Positions 48,581 to 57,803 of a stretch of DNA of 64,000 nucleotides are shown in pieces. Origin of the DNA: an uncultured Anaerolineaceae bacterium (GTDB lineage: Bacteria > Chloroflexota > Limnocylindria > Limnocylindrales > CSP1-4); assembly GCA_964650135.1 (NCBI GenBank), contig CAZYTQ010000001.1, positions 1,434-65,433 on the forward strand, written 5' to 3'. Within the stretch, counting starts at the first letter, position 1; each line of letters opens with the position of its first letter. The position numbers and the translations under genes were made by a program. The notes under the pieces are model-generated. The model did no database searches and had not been told where the DNA came from. It was given only the letters and a program-made list of their open reading frames with translations.

Positions 48581-49615
48581 CTACGGCGCGAGCAGGACCT
48601 TGACGGCCTCGCGGCCATCGAACACACGGTAGGCCTCCGCAGCATCCGCGAGCGGGAACCGGTGCGTGATGGCTGGTGTCGGGTCCAGCACGCCCGCGGC
48701 GAGCATGCGGACGATGCGGTCCCGGTCATCGAGACCGTGGCCCCATGTCACGCGGAGCGTCAGCTCCCTCTCGAACATGCGGCCCATGTCCAGCGGGAAG
48801 TCAGGCTCGAAGTGCGCGCCGATGACCGAGATCGTGCCCTGGCCACGCGCGAAGCCGATGGCCGCGAGCAGGGCGCCCGGCGATCCGGCGGCCTCGATCA
48901 CCCCGTCCGCACCCAGCCCATCGGTCGCGTCGGCGATCGCCTGGGCCGCCGCGTCCGGGGTGACCGCGGTGGTCGCGCCCATGCGCAGGGCGAGCTCGCG
49001 CCGCTGCACGATGCCGTCGACCGCGATGACGCAGCGTGCGACCTTCGCGGCGAGCTGGACGGCCATGAGGCCGACCGTGCCACAGCCCACGACGACCGCC
49101 ACATCCCCTGGCTGGAGATCGGCGCGTCGGACACCTGAGAGCCCCGTCGGGAGCATGTCGGCGAGGAAGACCGCTTGCTCGTCGGTGACACCGTCCGGCA
49201 GGACCAGGAGTGTCCGATCGGCACCGGGCACGCGCACGCGCTCGGCCTGCCCGCCGTGGAGCTGGCGGTACACCCCGGAATAGCCGAACAACGCCCGGTC
49301 CGGACACTGTGACGAGCGACCAGCCCGGCAGGTGATACAGGTGCCGCAGCTGATGGTCGAGTTCGAGACGACCCGGTCACCGGGTCGAAGGCCCCGGACC
49401 GCCGGCCCGACGGCCTCCACGATGCCCACGAACTCGTGGCCCAGGATGGTGCCGGCCAGGAACCCTGGCACCCAGCCGTGGTACGGGAACAGGTCCGCGC
49501 CGCACAGCGCGGTCGTGGTCACACGCACCACCGCGTCGCCCGGGTCATCGATCACCGGATCGGGCGTGTCGATGAGCTCCAGTCGCTCGGGACCCTGCGA
49601 CGCGAGTGCCTTCAT
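48581..49615 (-). CDS. Zinc-dependent alcohol dehydrogenase (MDR superfamily)
   Basis: GHEFVGIVEAVG (zinc/catalytic motif), structural-zinc Cys cluster CGTCITCRAGRSSQC, Rossmann motif VVGCGTVG. Confidence 0.8.
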   Translation of the reverse strand: MKALASQGPERLELIDTPDPVIDDPGDAVVRVTTTALCGADLFPYHGWVPGFLAGTILGHEFVGIVEAVGPAVRGLRPGDRVVSNSTISCGTCITCRAGRSSQCPDRALFGYSGVYRQLHGGQAERVRVPGADRTLLVLPDGVTDEQAVFLADMLPTGLSGVRRADLQPGDVAVVVGCGTVGLMAVQLAAKVARCVIAVDGIVQRRELALRMGATTAVTPDAAAQAIADATDGLGADGVIEAAGSPGALLAAIGFARGQGTISVIGAHFEPDFPLDMGRMFERELTLRVTWGHGLDDRDRIVRMLAAGVLDPTPAITHRFPLADAAEAYRVFDGREAVKVLLAP

Positions 49616-49721
49616 GGAGTCCGTACCTCCCCGTCGTGGCGCGGATGCCGGGTCGCCGCTCGTGCTCCCGGCACTCCCGCAGGATCCGGACGAGCCCGTG
49701 GAGGGCTCGCCCGGACACACG

Positions 49722-50732
49722 CTACTGCGTGGCGAACACCGTGGACCAGGCGTCCTTCATGGACACACCCACCCATTCGGGGTCCGACTCGAGCGCCGCG
49801 CCTCCCAGCGTCGGGATGCGGGCGTAGTCGAACTCCCGGTCGGCGTCATCGTGGAGGACCAGGACGGAGAGGCCCAGGTCGTCGTCGGACGTGGCCCATC
49901 TCATCATCCAGTAGTCGCCATCGGAGTTGCCCGCCGCGAAGATGGGCTTGCGTCCGGTGACGTCGTAGATGCTCAGCATCTTGGTCTCGCGCTCGTTGGC
50001 GAATCCTGGGCTGGCATCCCGGGTGATGCTGACAGAGCCGTCTTCGGCGGTCGCCACGGACCGCGCCATGGTGTTGCCGATGACCCGCTCGGGTGGGACG
50101 CCGAAGATGTCATCAGCGACGGCGCGGATGAACTGCTCCTCGGCTGCGGTCACGAGATAGACCGTGAAGTCGTTGGCTTCGAGATAGGCCAGCAGCTCCA
50201 TCATGGGCAGGTAGGTGCCGGTCGCGTTGGGCCGCCCCAGGGCGTCGTTCATGCTCGTCTGGAGCCATGCGAGGACCGCTGCCTCCCACTCCGCCTCGGT
50301 CATGTCGCCGTAGCCCGCATCGAGCATCCGCATCAGGTCGACCTGGGCGATGCTCGTGAGCACGTCGTAGTCGCCCTCCACGATGGGCGCGAAGGGCAGC
50401 TGGTCCGCCCACTCCGGGTGGTCGGCCGCCAAGGCGGCGACGCCTTCGCCGGCCCAGAGCGCGTCGAGGTAGAAGGGACGCTCGGCCCACAGCGTGCCGT
50501 CGATGTCGAACACCGCCAGTCGCTCCTCGACCGGAACGAAGTCGGCGCTCCCTTCGCGGGTCACCGCGTCCACGAACGACAGGATTCGCTCCCTGGGCTC
50601 CCCTGCGTTCCAGGACGGCAGTGGGTCGGTGCCCTCAGCGGCTGGTGGCGTGCTGCCCTGGGCGAGTGCTGGCGCGACCGCTCCCACGAGCAGTGTGGCG
50701 GCGACCAGGACGGGTGCGATGGTTCGTCTCAT
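49722..50732 (-). CDS. Secreted HAD-superfamily hydrolase
   Basis: Signal peptide MRRTIAPVLVAATLLVGAVAPALA followed by HAD motif I FDIDGTLW. Confidence 0.55.
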   Translation of the reverse strand: MRRTIAPVLVAATLLVGAVAPALAQGSTPPAAEGTDPLPSWNAGEPRERILSFVDAVTREGSADFVPVEERLAVFDIDGTLWAERPFYLDALWAGEGVAALAADHPEWADQLPFAPIVEGDYDVLTSIAQVDLMRMLDAGYGDMTEAEWEAAVLAWLQTSMNDALGRPNATGTYLPMMELLAYLEANDFTVYLVTAAEEQFIRAVADDIFGVPPERVIGNTMARSVATAEDGSVSITRDASPGFANERETKMLSIYDVTGRKPIFAAGNSDGDYWMMRWATSDDDLGLSVLVLHDDADREFDYARIPTLGGAALESDPEWVGVSMKDAWSTVFATQ

Positions 50733-50920
50733 GCGTGGATCCCCCCTCTGGATCTGGACTGCGAGCGGGCGGACCGACGTGATCGCCGCCCTGACATCGG
50801 ATGGCGTACTGGTGGTCGGTGGGTCGGACACCTCCTTCCTGTGCGTCTCCGCGAGCGGACCTGACACGGGGTCATGCTCGTCATCGGCATGCGCCGCCGG
50901 CGCCACGCCGCCAGTGGGCG

Positions 50921-52096
50921 TCAGCTGCCGAGCACCTCGAGCGCTGCCTCCAGGCCGGTGCCGATGTCGACGGCGACGCCGTAGTCGCGCAGGCCCTTGC
51001 CCAGGGCACTGAGCGCCACGATCGGATGTAGCGATGTCGCGGCGGGGCCCATGTGGCCCAGACGGAAGACGGCCTCGGTCATCGGGCCGTGCTCGCCATC
51101 GGAGATCATCACGCCGTACGTCGAGCGGATGTGGGCGATGACCTCCGCATTGGAGATGCCGTCCGGGACCTTCACGGCGGTCACGGCGTGCGACGCCGCA
51201 GCGTCGTCGGTCACCCACAGGTCCAGGCCCATGCCGCGCACACCGGCTCGACACGCGTTCGCCGCCCGTCGATGGCGCGCATACGATGCCTCCAGGCCAT
51301 CCTCGAACAGCTCCGCGAGCGCCGCGTCCACGCCGTTGATCTCGGCAACGGATGTGGTGTAGGGGAACTTGCGCCGACCCGCGTCGATCCAGCGGTCCTT
51401 CCAGTCGAGCAGCGACAGGTAGGAGCCACGCGGTGCTGCCGGGTTCGCGCGGAGCGCGGCCCATGCACGGTCGCTCACCGCCACGAAGGCCAGCCCCGGA
51501 GATGCCCCGAGCCCCTTCTGCGTCCCGCCGACCGTGATGTCCAGGCCCCAGTCGTCGTGATGGATGGGTGTGCCCGCGAACGCGGACACGGCATCCACGA
51601 TGGTCAGGGCGCCGTGACGGCGAGCGATCGGACCGATCTCGGCCATCGGGTTCAGGGATCCCGAGGGCGTCTCCGAGTGGACGACACCGACGAGGCCGAT
51701 GTCCGGATGCTCCACGAAGGCGCGCTCCACCGACGCGGGATCGATGGCCTCGTTCCAGGGCACCTCGATCTCGATGACCTCGGCACCCAGGTCCCGGAGC
51801 CAGTCTCCGAACCACTTGCCGAAGATCCCGGACACGAGGTTGAGCGCCTTCATCCCCGGTCGGGTGAGGCCCTTGGCGCCTGCCTCGAGGCCCAGGATCG
51901 CCTCGCCCATCATGACCACGACATCGCCCTGCGTGTGGAACACCTCGGCGACGCGCCGCTCCACATCGAGGAACCGCTGGAGATAGACGGGGTCGTACTC
52001 GTACAGGACCGGGCGGCCCAGACCCGCTCGTGCCCGTTCGGAGACCGCGACCGGGCCCCCGGTGTAGGTGAAGGTCGCGCCGTGGTCGGTGCTCAT
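50921..52096 (-). CDS. Class V aminotransferase (paralog of 44820..46019)
   Basis: Collinear with 44820..46019 along its full length (VLYEYDPVYLQRF / VLYHYDPVFKDRF; NLVSGIFGKWFG / NLVSGVFGKGFG; RLGHMGPAA / RIGHMGNTA). Confidence 0.75.
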   Translation of the reverse strand: MSTDHGATFTYTGGPVAVSERARAGLGRPVLYEYDPVYLQRFLDVERRVAEVFHTQGDVVVMMGEAILGLEAGAKGLTRPGMKALNLVSGIFGKWFGDWLRDLGAEVIEIEVPWNEAIDPASVERAFVEHPDIGLVGVVHSETPSGSLNPMAEIGPIARRHGALTIVDAVSAFAGTPIHHDDWGLDITVGGTQKGLGASPGLAFVAVSDRAWAALRANPAAPRGSYLSLLDWKDRWIDAGRRKFPYTTSVAEINGVDAALAELFEDGLEASYARHRRAANACRAGVRGMGLDLWVTDDAAASHAVTAVKVPDGISNAEVIAHIRSTYGVMISDGEHGPMTEAVFRLGHMGPAATSLHPIVALSALGKGLRDYGVAVDIGTGLEAALEVLGS

Positions 52097-52139
52097 GGGT
52101 CGGTGCTCCTCGGGTATCGGGCTGTGTCGATGGGGCGGG

Positions 52140-52541
52140 CTACGCCAGGGTCTCGATCTCCACGAGGAACCCGTCAGGGTCGCGGACGAAGAACCGACCA
52201 CCGCCCCACGGGGGTGACCAGGGCTCGCTCGCGAACGGCACGCCCCGAGCCGCCAGCTCGGTATGGACCGCATGGACGTCCGCCACACGCAGGACCAGCA
52301 CGGCCGACGGGTGAGCCGGGTCCGCGGGCGCGGTCATGACGTACCCGTCCAGATCCGACGCGGGATGTCCCTGCTCCGCGAGGCACAGACCCACGGGACC
52401 GTTCGAGAGGATCGCGAATGGCGGGTCGTCGAACCTCGCATCCAGGGTGAAGCCGAGGCCTTCCGTGTAGAAGGCCATGGACGCGCCAAAGTCCGACACC
52501 GCGAGGATGGGACCGCCGCTCAGGACTCGGAAGGAGGCCAT
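52140..52541 (-). CDS. VOC (glyoxalase/bleomycin-resistance) family protein
   Basis: ~133 aa. LAVSDFGASMAFYTEGLGF. Confidence 0.65.
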   Translation of the reverse strand: MASFRVLSGGPILAVSDFGASMAFYTEGLGFTLDARFDDPPFAILSNGPVGLCLAEQGHPASDLDGYVMTAPADPAHPSAVLVLRVADVHAVHTELAARGVPFASEPWSPPWGGGRFFVRDPDGFLVEIETLA

Positions 52542-52553
52542 GGCATCGGCCGC

Positions 52554-53288
52554 CTAGTGACGCGTGTGGCCGCCGTCGACCACGAGCATCGAGCCGGTCA
52601 CCCAGCGTGCCTCCTCGCTCACCAGGAACGCGACCGCCGGCGCGATGTCGGCTGCCAGGCCACGCCGCGGGATGGCCTGGAGCGACTGCACGAAATCGAA
52701 TGCCTCAGCGTGTGGTGAGGCCGCCGTACCCTCCGTCTCGGTCAGCCCGGGTGCCACGGCGTTGACCGTGATGCCGTGCTTGCCGAGCTCCGTGGCGAGT
52801 GCCCGTGTGAAGCCGAGCACGCCACCCTTGGAGGCGACGTAGTGGGCGAGGTTCGGGGTGCCTGCCACGATCACGTTCGAGGCGATGTTGACGATGCGGC
52901 CATAGCCGGCCTTGCGCATCTCGTCAGACGCGTGGCGGTTGGTCAGGAACGTGCCATCGAGGTTGACGGCCATGATCCGGCGCCACTCCGCGAAGTCCAC
53001 CTCGTCCCACGCGGTGAAGGGCACGATGGCTGCGTTGTTGACGAGGATGTCCAGCTTGCCGTAGGTGTCCACGGCTGCCTGCACCATCGCCTTGACCGAC
53101 GCCTCGTCCGAGACATCCGTCCGGATGCCGACGGCGGACGGCAGGCTCGCGGCCGCGGCCTTCGCGCCGTCCTCGTTGAGATCGGCGAGGACGACCGATG
53201 CGCCCTCGGCTGCCAGCTTGTCCGCGATGGCACGCCCGATGCCCTGGGCGCTGCCGGTGACGATCGCGACGCGACCTTCCAGTGTCAT
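52554..53288 (-). CDS. SDR family oxidoreductase
   Basis: VTGSAQGIG, NNAA, YVASKGG. Confidence 0.8.
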   Translation of the reverse strand: MTLEGRVAIVTGSAQGIGRAIADKLAAEGASVVLADLNEDGAKAAAASLPSAVGIRTDVSDEASVKAMVQAAVDTYGKLDILVNNAAIVPFTAWDEVDFAEWRRIMAVNLDGTFLTNRHASDEMRKAGYGRIVNIASNVIVAGTPNLAHYVASKGGVLGFTRALATELGKHGITVNAVAPGLTETEGTAASPHAEAFDFVQSLQAIPRRGLAADIAPAVAFLVSEEARWVTGSMLVVDGGHTRH

Positions 53289-53313
53289 GGTCGAACTCCT
53301 CCGGGATGTCGGG

Positions 53314-54060
53314 TCACTCGTAGTGCTCGGGAGCATGCTTCCACGACTCCCACGGACCCATGTCGTGGGAGGGGAAGATCTCCGCGTCGTGATCCTTTGC
53401 CATCTGCTTGATGCGCTTGATGGCGCTGATGGAGTCGACCGGGTCGAGGTGGAAGCCACCGATGATCATCCGGTCGAGCGTCTCCTGCGTGTACACCGCG
53501 TCACCGCAGAAGATCATCGGTCGACGACCCTCGGGCTCCGCGAGCAGGGAGTAGTGGCCGATGGTGTGACCGGGCGTCTCGAACAGGGTGAGGCCCCGGG
53601 CGATCTCGACGTCGCCCTCGAGGAACTCGACCTTGGTCACACCCCGCTCGTAGAACGTCACGTCGCTGTAGCCCAGGCGCTCGAACGGCTCGGGCACGAG
53701 ACCCGAGCGCAGCTCCCACTTGCTGGTGAGAAGCGTGGCGTTGGTGAGGTACTTGTTGCCGCCGACATGGTCGAAGTGGAAGTGCGAGTTGATGACGTAG
53801 TCGATCTCCTCGGGCTTGACGCCGATGACGTCCAGCTGTGCCGGGAGCGTCTGCTGGGGTGTCTGCTCGGGCAGCTCGAACGGCAGGACCTTGTTCACAT
53901 GGTCCAGGTCGTAGCCGGTGTCGAAGATGAACTTCCCCTCAGGGTGGTCGATGTAGACCCCGAACACGGGGAATCGGACAGGCGTCCCGACGTCGATGTG
54001 CCACAGGACGTCGGAACGGTCGATGACGAGCGACCCCAGGTCCAGCAGGTAGATCCGCAT
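53314..54060 (-). CDS. MBL-fold metallo-hydrolase, N-acyl-homoserine-lactonase (AiiA)-like
   Basis: HxHxDH zinc motif SHFHFDHVGG, downstream His/Asp ligands (GHTIGH, CGDAVY), ~248 aa. Confidence 0.7.
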   Translation of the reverse strand: MRIYLLDLGSLVIDRSDVLWHIDVGTPVRFPVFGVYIDHPEGKFIFDTGYDLDHVNKVLPFELPEQTPQQTLPAQLDVIGVKPEEIDYVINSHFHFDHVGGNKYLTNATLLTSKWELRSGLVPEPFERLGYSDVTFYERGVTKVEFLEGDVEIARGLTLFETPGHTIGHYSLLAEPEGRRPMIFCGDAVYTQETLDRMIIGGFHLDPVDSISAIKRIKQMAKDHDAEIFPSHDMGPWESWKHAPEHYE

Positions 54061-54090
54061 CGGGACACCTCCTCCGTGGTGGGCGACGAC

Positions 54091-55011
54091 CTAGCTGAGC
54101 GCCTTGCGCACCTTGACCAGCGACGCACCACGCTGTGAGCGCAGCGCGCCGACCTCTTCCTCGGTGTAGTCGAACAGGCCACCCTTGGTCTTCATGCCCA
54201 GGCGACCCCTCGCCACCAGGTCCCGGATGGTGGGGCTCACCTCGGACGCGTTCGACAGGTCCGGGTTGAGGTAGCCCGCCACGGCGGTGTAGATGTCCAT
54301 GCCCGCCATGTCCAGGAGGTGCATCGGCGGGATGACCGCGAGCTTGTAGCCGATGCCCCATTTGACGTTGAGGTCCAGCTCCTCGAGGTCCACGACGCCC
54401 TCGTCCACGAGCGCCAGGCACTCGCGCATGATCGCGTAGAGCACCCGGTTCTCGACGAACCCCGGGACCTCCTTCTTGAGCAGGCAGGGGAAGTAGCCCA
54501 CGTCCTTGATGACGGCGATGGTGTCGTCCACGGTGGACTGGCTCGTCTGCTCGCCGGGCACCACCTCGATCATGGGGATGAGGTGGGGCGGATTGGACCA
54601 GTGCATGACCACCACCCGCTCGGGGTGCTGGAGGTTCGCGGCGATCTTCGTGGCCGGGATGCCCGAGGTGTTGGACGCGAGGATGACCTCGGGTCCGACG
54701 TGCTGCTCGTACTCGGCGTAGACCTTCTGCTTGAGCTCGAGGTTCTCGGGGATCGCCTCGATCACGAGTTCGGCGCCCGCGAGCGCGGCCGAGACGCTGT
54801 CCGCGTAGCGCACGGAGCCGCCCTCGACGGTCGGGCTCTCCAGCCGGTCGAGCACGCCCCACGCCAGCTCATAGCCGGCCTTGGCGCGCTCCAGCGCCTC
54901 GGTGCTGGTGTCATAGAGCGCGACCTGATAGCCGGCACGCGCCATCACGGCGCCCATGCCGGGTCCCATCGTGCCGGTACCCATGATGGCGACGCTGCGA
55001 AACCTGGTCAT
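54091..55011 (-). CDS. 3-hydroxyacyl-CoA dehydrogenase family protein (NAD-binding)
   Basis: N-terminal Rossmann motif VAIMGTGTMG. SNTS active-site region. C-terminal dimerisation domain. Confidence 0.75.
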   Translation of the reverse strand: MTRFRSVAIMGTGTMGPGMGAVMARAGYQVALYDTSTEALERAKAGYELAWGVLDRLESPTVEGGSVRYADSVSAALAGAELVIEAIPENLELKQKVYAEYEQHVGPEVILASNTSGIPATKIAANLQHPERVVVMHWSNPPHLIPMIEVVPGEQTSQSTVDDTIAVIKDVGYFPCLLKKEVPGFVENRVLYAIMRECLALVDEGVVDLEELDLNVKWGIGYKLAVIPPMHLLDMAGMDIYTAVAGYLNPDLSNASEVSPTIRDLVARGRLGMKTKGGLFDYTEEEVGALRSQRGASLVKVRKALS

Positions 55012-57308
55012 CGTGACTCCTTCTCGAGCTCCTGGATCCGTCTCCAGACGCGTTCCGGTGTGAGTGGCAGGGCATGCATGGGCACGCCCGCATCCGCGAC
55101 CGCGGTGGCGAGCGCCGCGATGATGCCTGCGAAGGCGCCCTCGCCACAGCCCTTGGCGCCGAACGGCCCCGGCCCGTCGCCGTTCTCGACGATGACGCAG
55201 GTGGACCGCTCCGGCAGGTCCTGGGTGCTGGGGATGCGGTACTCCAGCAGGTCGTCGTTGGTCAGCAGCCCCTGCTCGAAGACCATCTCCTCGAACAATG
55301 CATTGCCGATGCCCTGCATCGTGGCCCCTTCGTCCTGTCGCTCCACGAGCTGGGGATTGATGGCGCGGCCGACATCCGCCACGGTGGCGGTGCGGGTGAC
55401 CTTCAGGGCACCCGTCGCGCGATCGAGCCGGACCTCGGCAGCGCCGATGCACACCTCCCAGAACACGGGCCCTTCGGCGTATGACCCCGTCCCCTCGGGA
55501 TGGACGCCCCCCTCACCGATGAGCTGGCCGCCCGACAGACCGAAGCGCCTCGCGATGAGCTCCGGGAACGAGCGTCGCTCATCGCCACACCACGCGGCAC
55601 CCTCGGCGAGCACGACATCGGCCTCCCGGCCCGGCCAGATCCGGCCGGCGATGGCGAGCAGGTCGTCGCGCACCTCCTGGGCGGCGCGCTGGACGGCCAG
55701 CCCGGCGAGCGTGGTGGAGCGGCTGGCACCGGTGGAGCGGTCGTAGGGCGTGAAGCGGGTGTCCGTGCCCATGCAGCGGACACGCTCGGCGTCCATGCCC
55801 AGGACCTCGGCGGCGATCTGGGCGAACGCCGTGCGCTGGCCCTGGCCCATCTCGGTGGAGCCGACCAGCACGATGGCCTCGCCATCCGCCTCCAGGCGCA
55901 CGACGGCACTGGACACCGGGTGTGCGCCGGCCGCGAGGAGGCCCACCGACAGGCCGCGGCCGATGTCGGGGTCCCGCGGGTCGTCCCAGCCGAGGGCAGC
56001 AGCGACCTTCTCGATGTCCCCGACGAGGTCCGCGTCGAGCGGCTTGCCGCCCGGTCGCACCTGCTCGCCCGGACGCAGCAGGTTGCGTCGTCGGACCTCG
56101 ACCGCGTCGATGCCGGCGCGTCGGGCCACCTCGTCCACCTGCATCTCGCCGACCCACTGGACATGCGAGGCGCCGAAGGCGCGGTATGAGCCCGATGGTG
56201 CGGTGTTGGTGTAGACGCACAGCGCATCCACGCGGACCCCCGACCATCGATACGGACCCGGTGCCGCATCCCCGCCCGTCGCGGTCACGCGCGGCCCGTT
56301 GTCGGCGTAGGCGCCCGTGTCGAAGGAGATGGTCGTGTCCCGCGCCAGCAGCCGACCGTGGGCGTCCGCGGCGGTGCGCATGCGGATCCGCGCACCATGA
56401 CGACGCGTCGTGACCATCGACTCCGACACCCGGTTGACGATGCGCACGGGACGTCCGGCCTTGCGTGCCAGGGCCACCGTGATGGGCTCCATCTTGGTGT
56501 ACGACTTGCTGCCGAACCCTCCGCCGAGATAGGGCACCACGATGCGCACCCTGCCCAGCGGCAGCTCGAACAGCGCCGCGATCTCCGCCCGCACCAGGAA
56601 CGGGTGCTGGCAGGTCGCCCACATGGTCACGCCGTCCGCGTCCCACTGGGCGATGACGCTGTGCGTCTCCATCGCGTACTGGTAGACGCCCGGGAACTCG
56701 TAGTCGCCCTCCACCACGATGGCAGCGTCTGCGAACAGCCCGTCCACCTCACCCCGCTCGAAGCCATAGCGATAGCACACGTTGCCGTCGCGCTCCGGGA
56801 GCGTGCCCAGGCCGTGGAACAGGCCGGGCCGCAGCGGCCCGTCATGGACCAGCGGCGCATCGGGTGCGAGCGCCTCCTCGATGGTGCCCACGATGGGCAG
56901 CTCGTCGTAGACCACCTCGATGGCCGCGACCGCAGCCTCGGCAGTGGCCTCGTCCTCGGCCGCGACCGCCGCCACGGGCTCGCCCGCGAACCGCACTCGG
57001 TCGATGGCCACGATGGGCCGGTCCTGGATGGCATGGCCCCAGTAGGGGTCGATGTCCAGGAGGTCGCCACCCGTGAGCACCGCCACCACGCCGGGCATCG
57101 CGAGTGCCGCGGACACGTCGACGGACACGATGCGTGCGTGCGGAGCAGGACTCCGGAGGACCTTGCCGTGGAGCATGCCCGGGACCTGCATGTCACCCAC
57201 GAAACGCGCCTCGCCACGCAGCTTCTCGGCAGCGTCCACGCGCCGCATGCTCCGCCCGACCTGGGGTGCGGGTGTACGGACGGGCCGGGCGGGCGCCTCG
57301 ATGGTCAT
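55008..57308 (-). CDS. Molybdopterin-binding large subunit of a xanthine dehydrogenase-family molybdenum hydroxylase (CoxL/aldehyde oxidase-like)
   Basis: 766 aa. GGGFGSK motif and overall layout of the aldehyde oxidase/xanthine dehydrogenase a/b hammerhead plus MoCo-binding domains. 4-nt overlap with the downstream gene. Confidence 0.85.
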   Translation of the reverse strand: MTIEAPARPVRTPAPQVGRSMRRVDAAEKLRGEARFVGDMQVPGMLHGKVLRSPAPHARIVSVDVSAALAMPGVVAVLTGGDLLDIDPYWGHAIQDRPIVAIDRVRFAGEPVAAVAAEDEATAEAAVAAIEVVYDELPIVGTIEEALAPDAPLVHDGPLRPGLFHGLGTLPERDGNVCYRYGFERGEVDGLFADAAIVVEGDYEFPGVYQYAMETHSVIAQWDADGVTMWATCQHPFLVRAEIAALFELPLGRVRIVVPYLGGGFGSKSYTKMEPITVALARKAGRPVRIVNRVSESMVTTRRHGARIRMRTAADAHGRLLARDTTISFDTGAYADNGPRVTATGGDAAPGPYRWSGVRVDALCVYTNTAPSGSYRAFGASHVQWVGEMQVDEVARRAGIDAVEVRRRNLLRPGEQVRPGGKPLDADLVGDIEKVAAALGWDDPRDPDIGRGLSVGLLAAGAHPVSSAVVRLEADGEAIVLVGSTEMGQGQRTAFAQIAAEVLGMDAERVRCMGTDTRFTPYDRSTGASRSTTLAGLAVQRAAQEVRDDLLAIAGRIWPGREADVVLAEGAAWCGDERRSFPELIARRFGLSGGQLIGEGGVHPEGTGSYAEGPVFWEVCIGAAEVRLDRATGALKVTRTATVADVGRAINPQLVERQDEGATMQGIGNALFEEMVFEQGLLTNDDLLEYRIPSTQDLPERSTCVIVENGDGPGPFGAKGCGEGAFAGIIAALATAVADAGVPMHALPLTPERVWRRIQELEKESR

Positions 57309-57311
57309 GGG

Positions 57312-57803
57312 TCAGACGCCCCCATGGACGCTGTCGCCCGCTTCCACGGGCACACCCGCGAGCTCGGCGGCAGCCGCGAGGATGCCCCGATATCCGGTAC
57401 AGCGACACAGGTTCCCCGACAGGCAGCGCTGCACGGCGTGCGCGTCGGTCAGGTCGCCGGCAGCGATGAGCGCATGGATGGTGAGCGCCATCCCAGGCGT
57501 GCAGAAGCCGCACTGGACGGCCGCGTGCCGCTCGAAGGCCTCAACGATGGCTGGCCACTCGTCGGTCTCACGCAGCCCTTCGATGGTCATGACCTCCCGG
57601 CCTTCGGCGTCCACCGCGAGCGTGGTACAGGCGCTGACGGGTGCGTCATCCACGAGCACCGTGCACGTGCCGCACACCTGGACGTCGCATGAGCGCTTGG
57701 CGCCCGTCAGGCCGAGGCGGTCCCGGAGCACATCCAGGAGCAGCTCCTGTGGCTCCACATCGATCCGGCGAGCCTGGCCGTTGACGACGCAGCGCAGGTC
57801 CAT
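57312..57803 (-). CDS. (2Fe-2S)-binding small subunit of the molybdenum hydroxylase (CoxS-like)
   Basis: Two Fe-S cysteine clusters (C-x4-C-G-x-C...C and QCGFCTPG / CRCTGY). Confidence 0.85.
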   Translation of the reverse strand: MDLRCVVNGQARRIDVEPQELLLDVLRDRLGLTGAKRSCDVQVCGTCTVLVDDAPVSACTTLAVDAEGREVMTIEGLRETDEWPAIVEAFERHAAVQCGFCTPGMALTIHALIAAGDLTDAHAVQRCLSGNLCRCTGYRGILAAAAELAGVPVEAGDSVHGGV

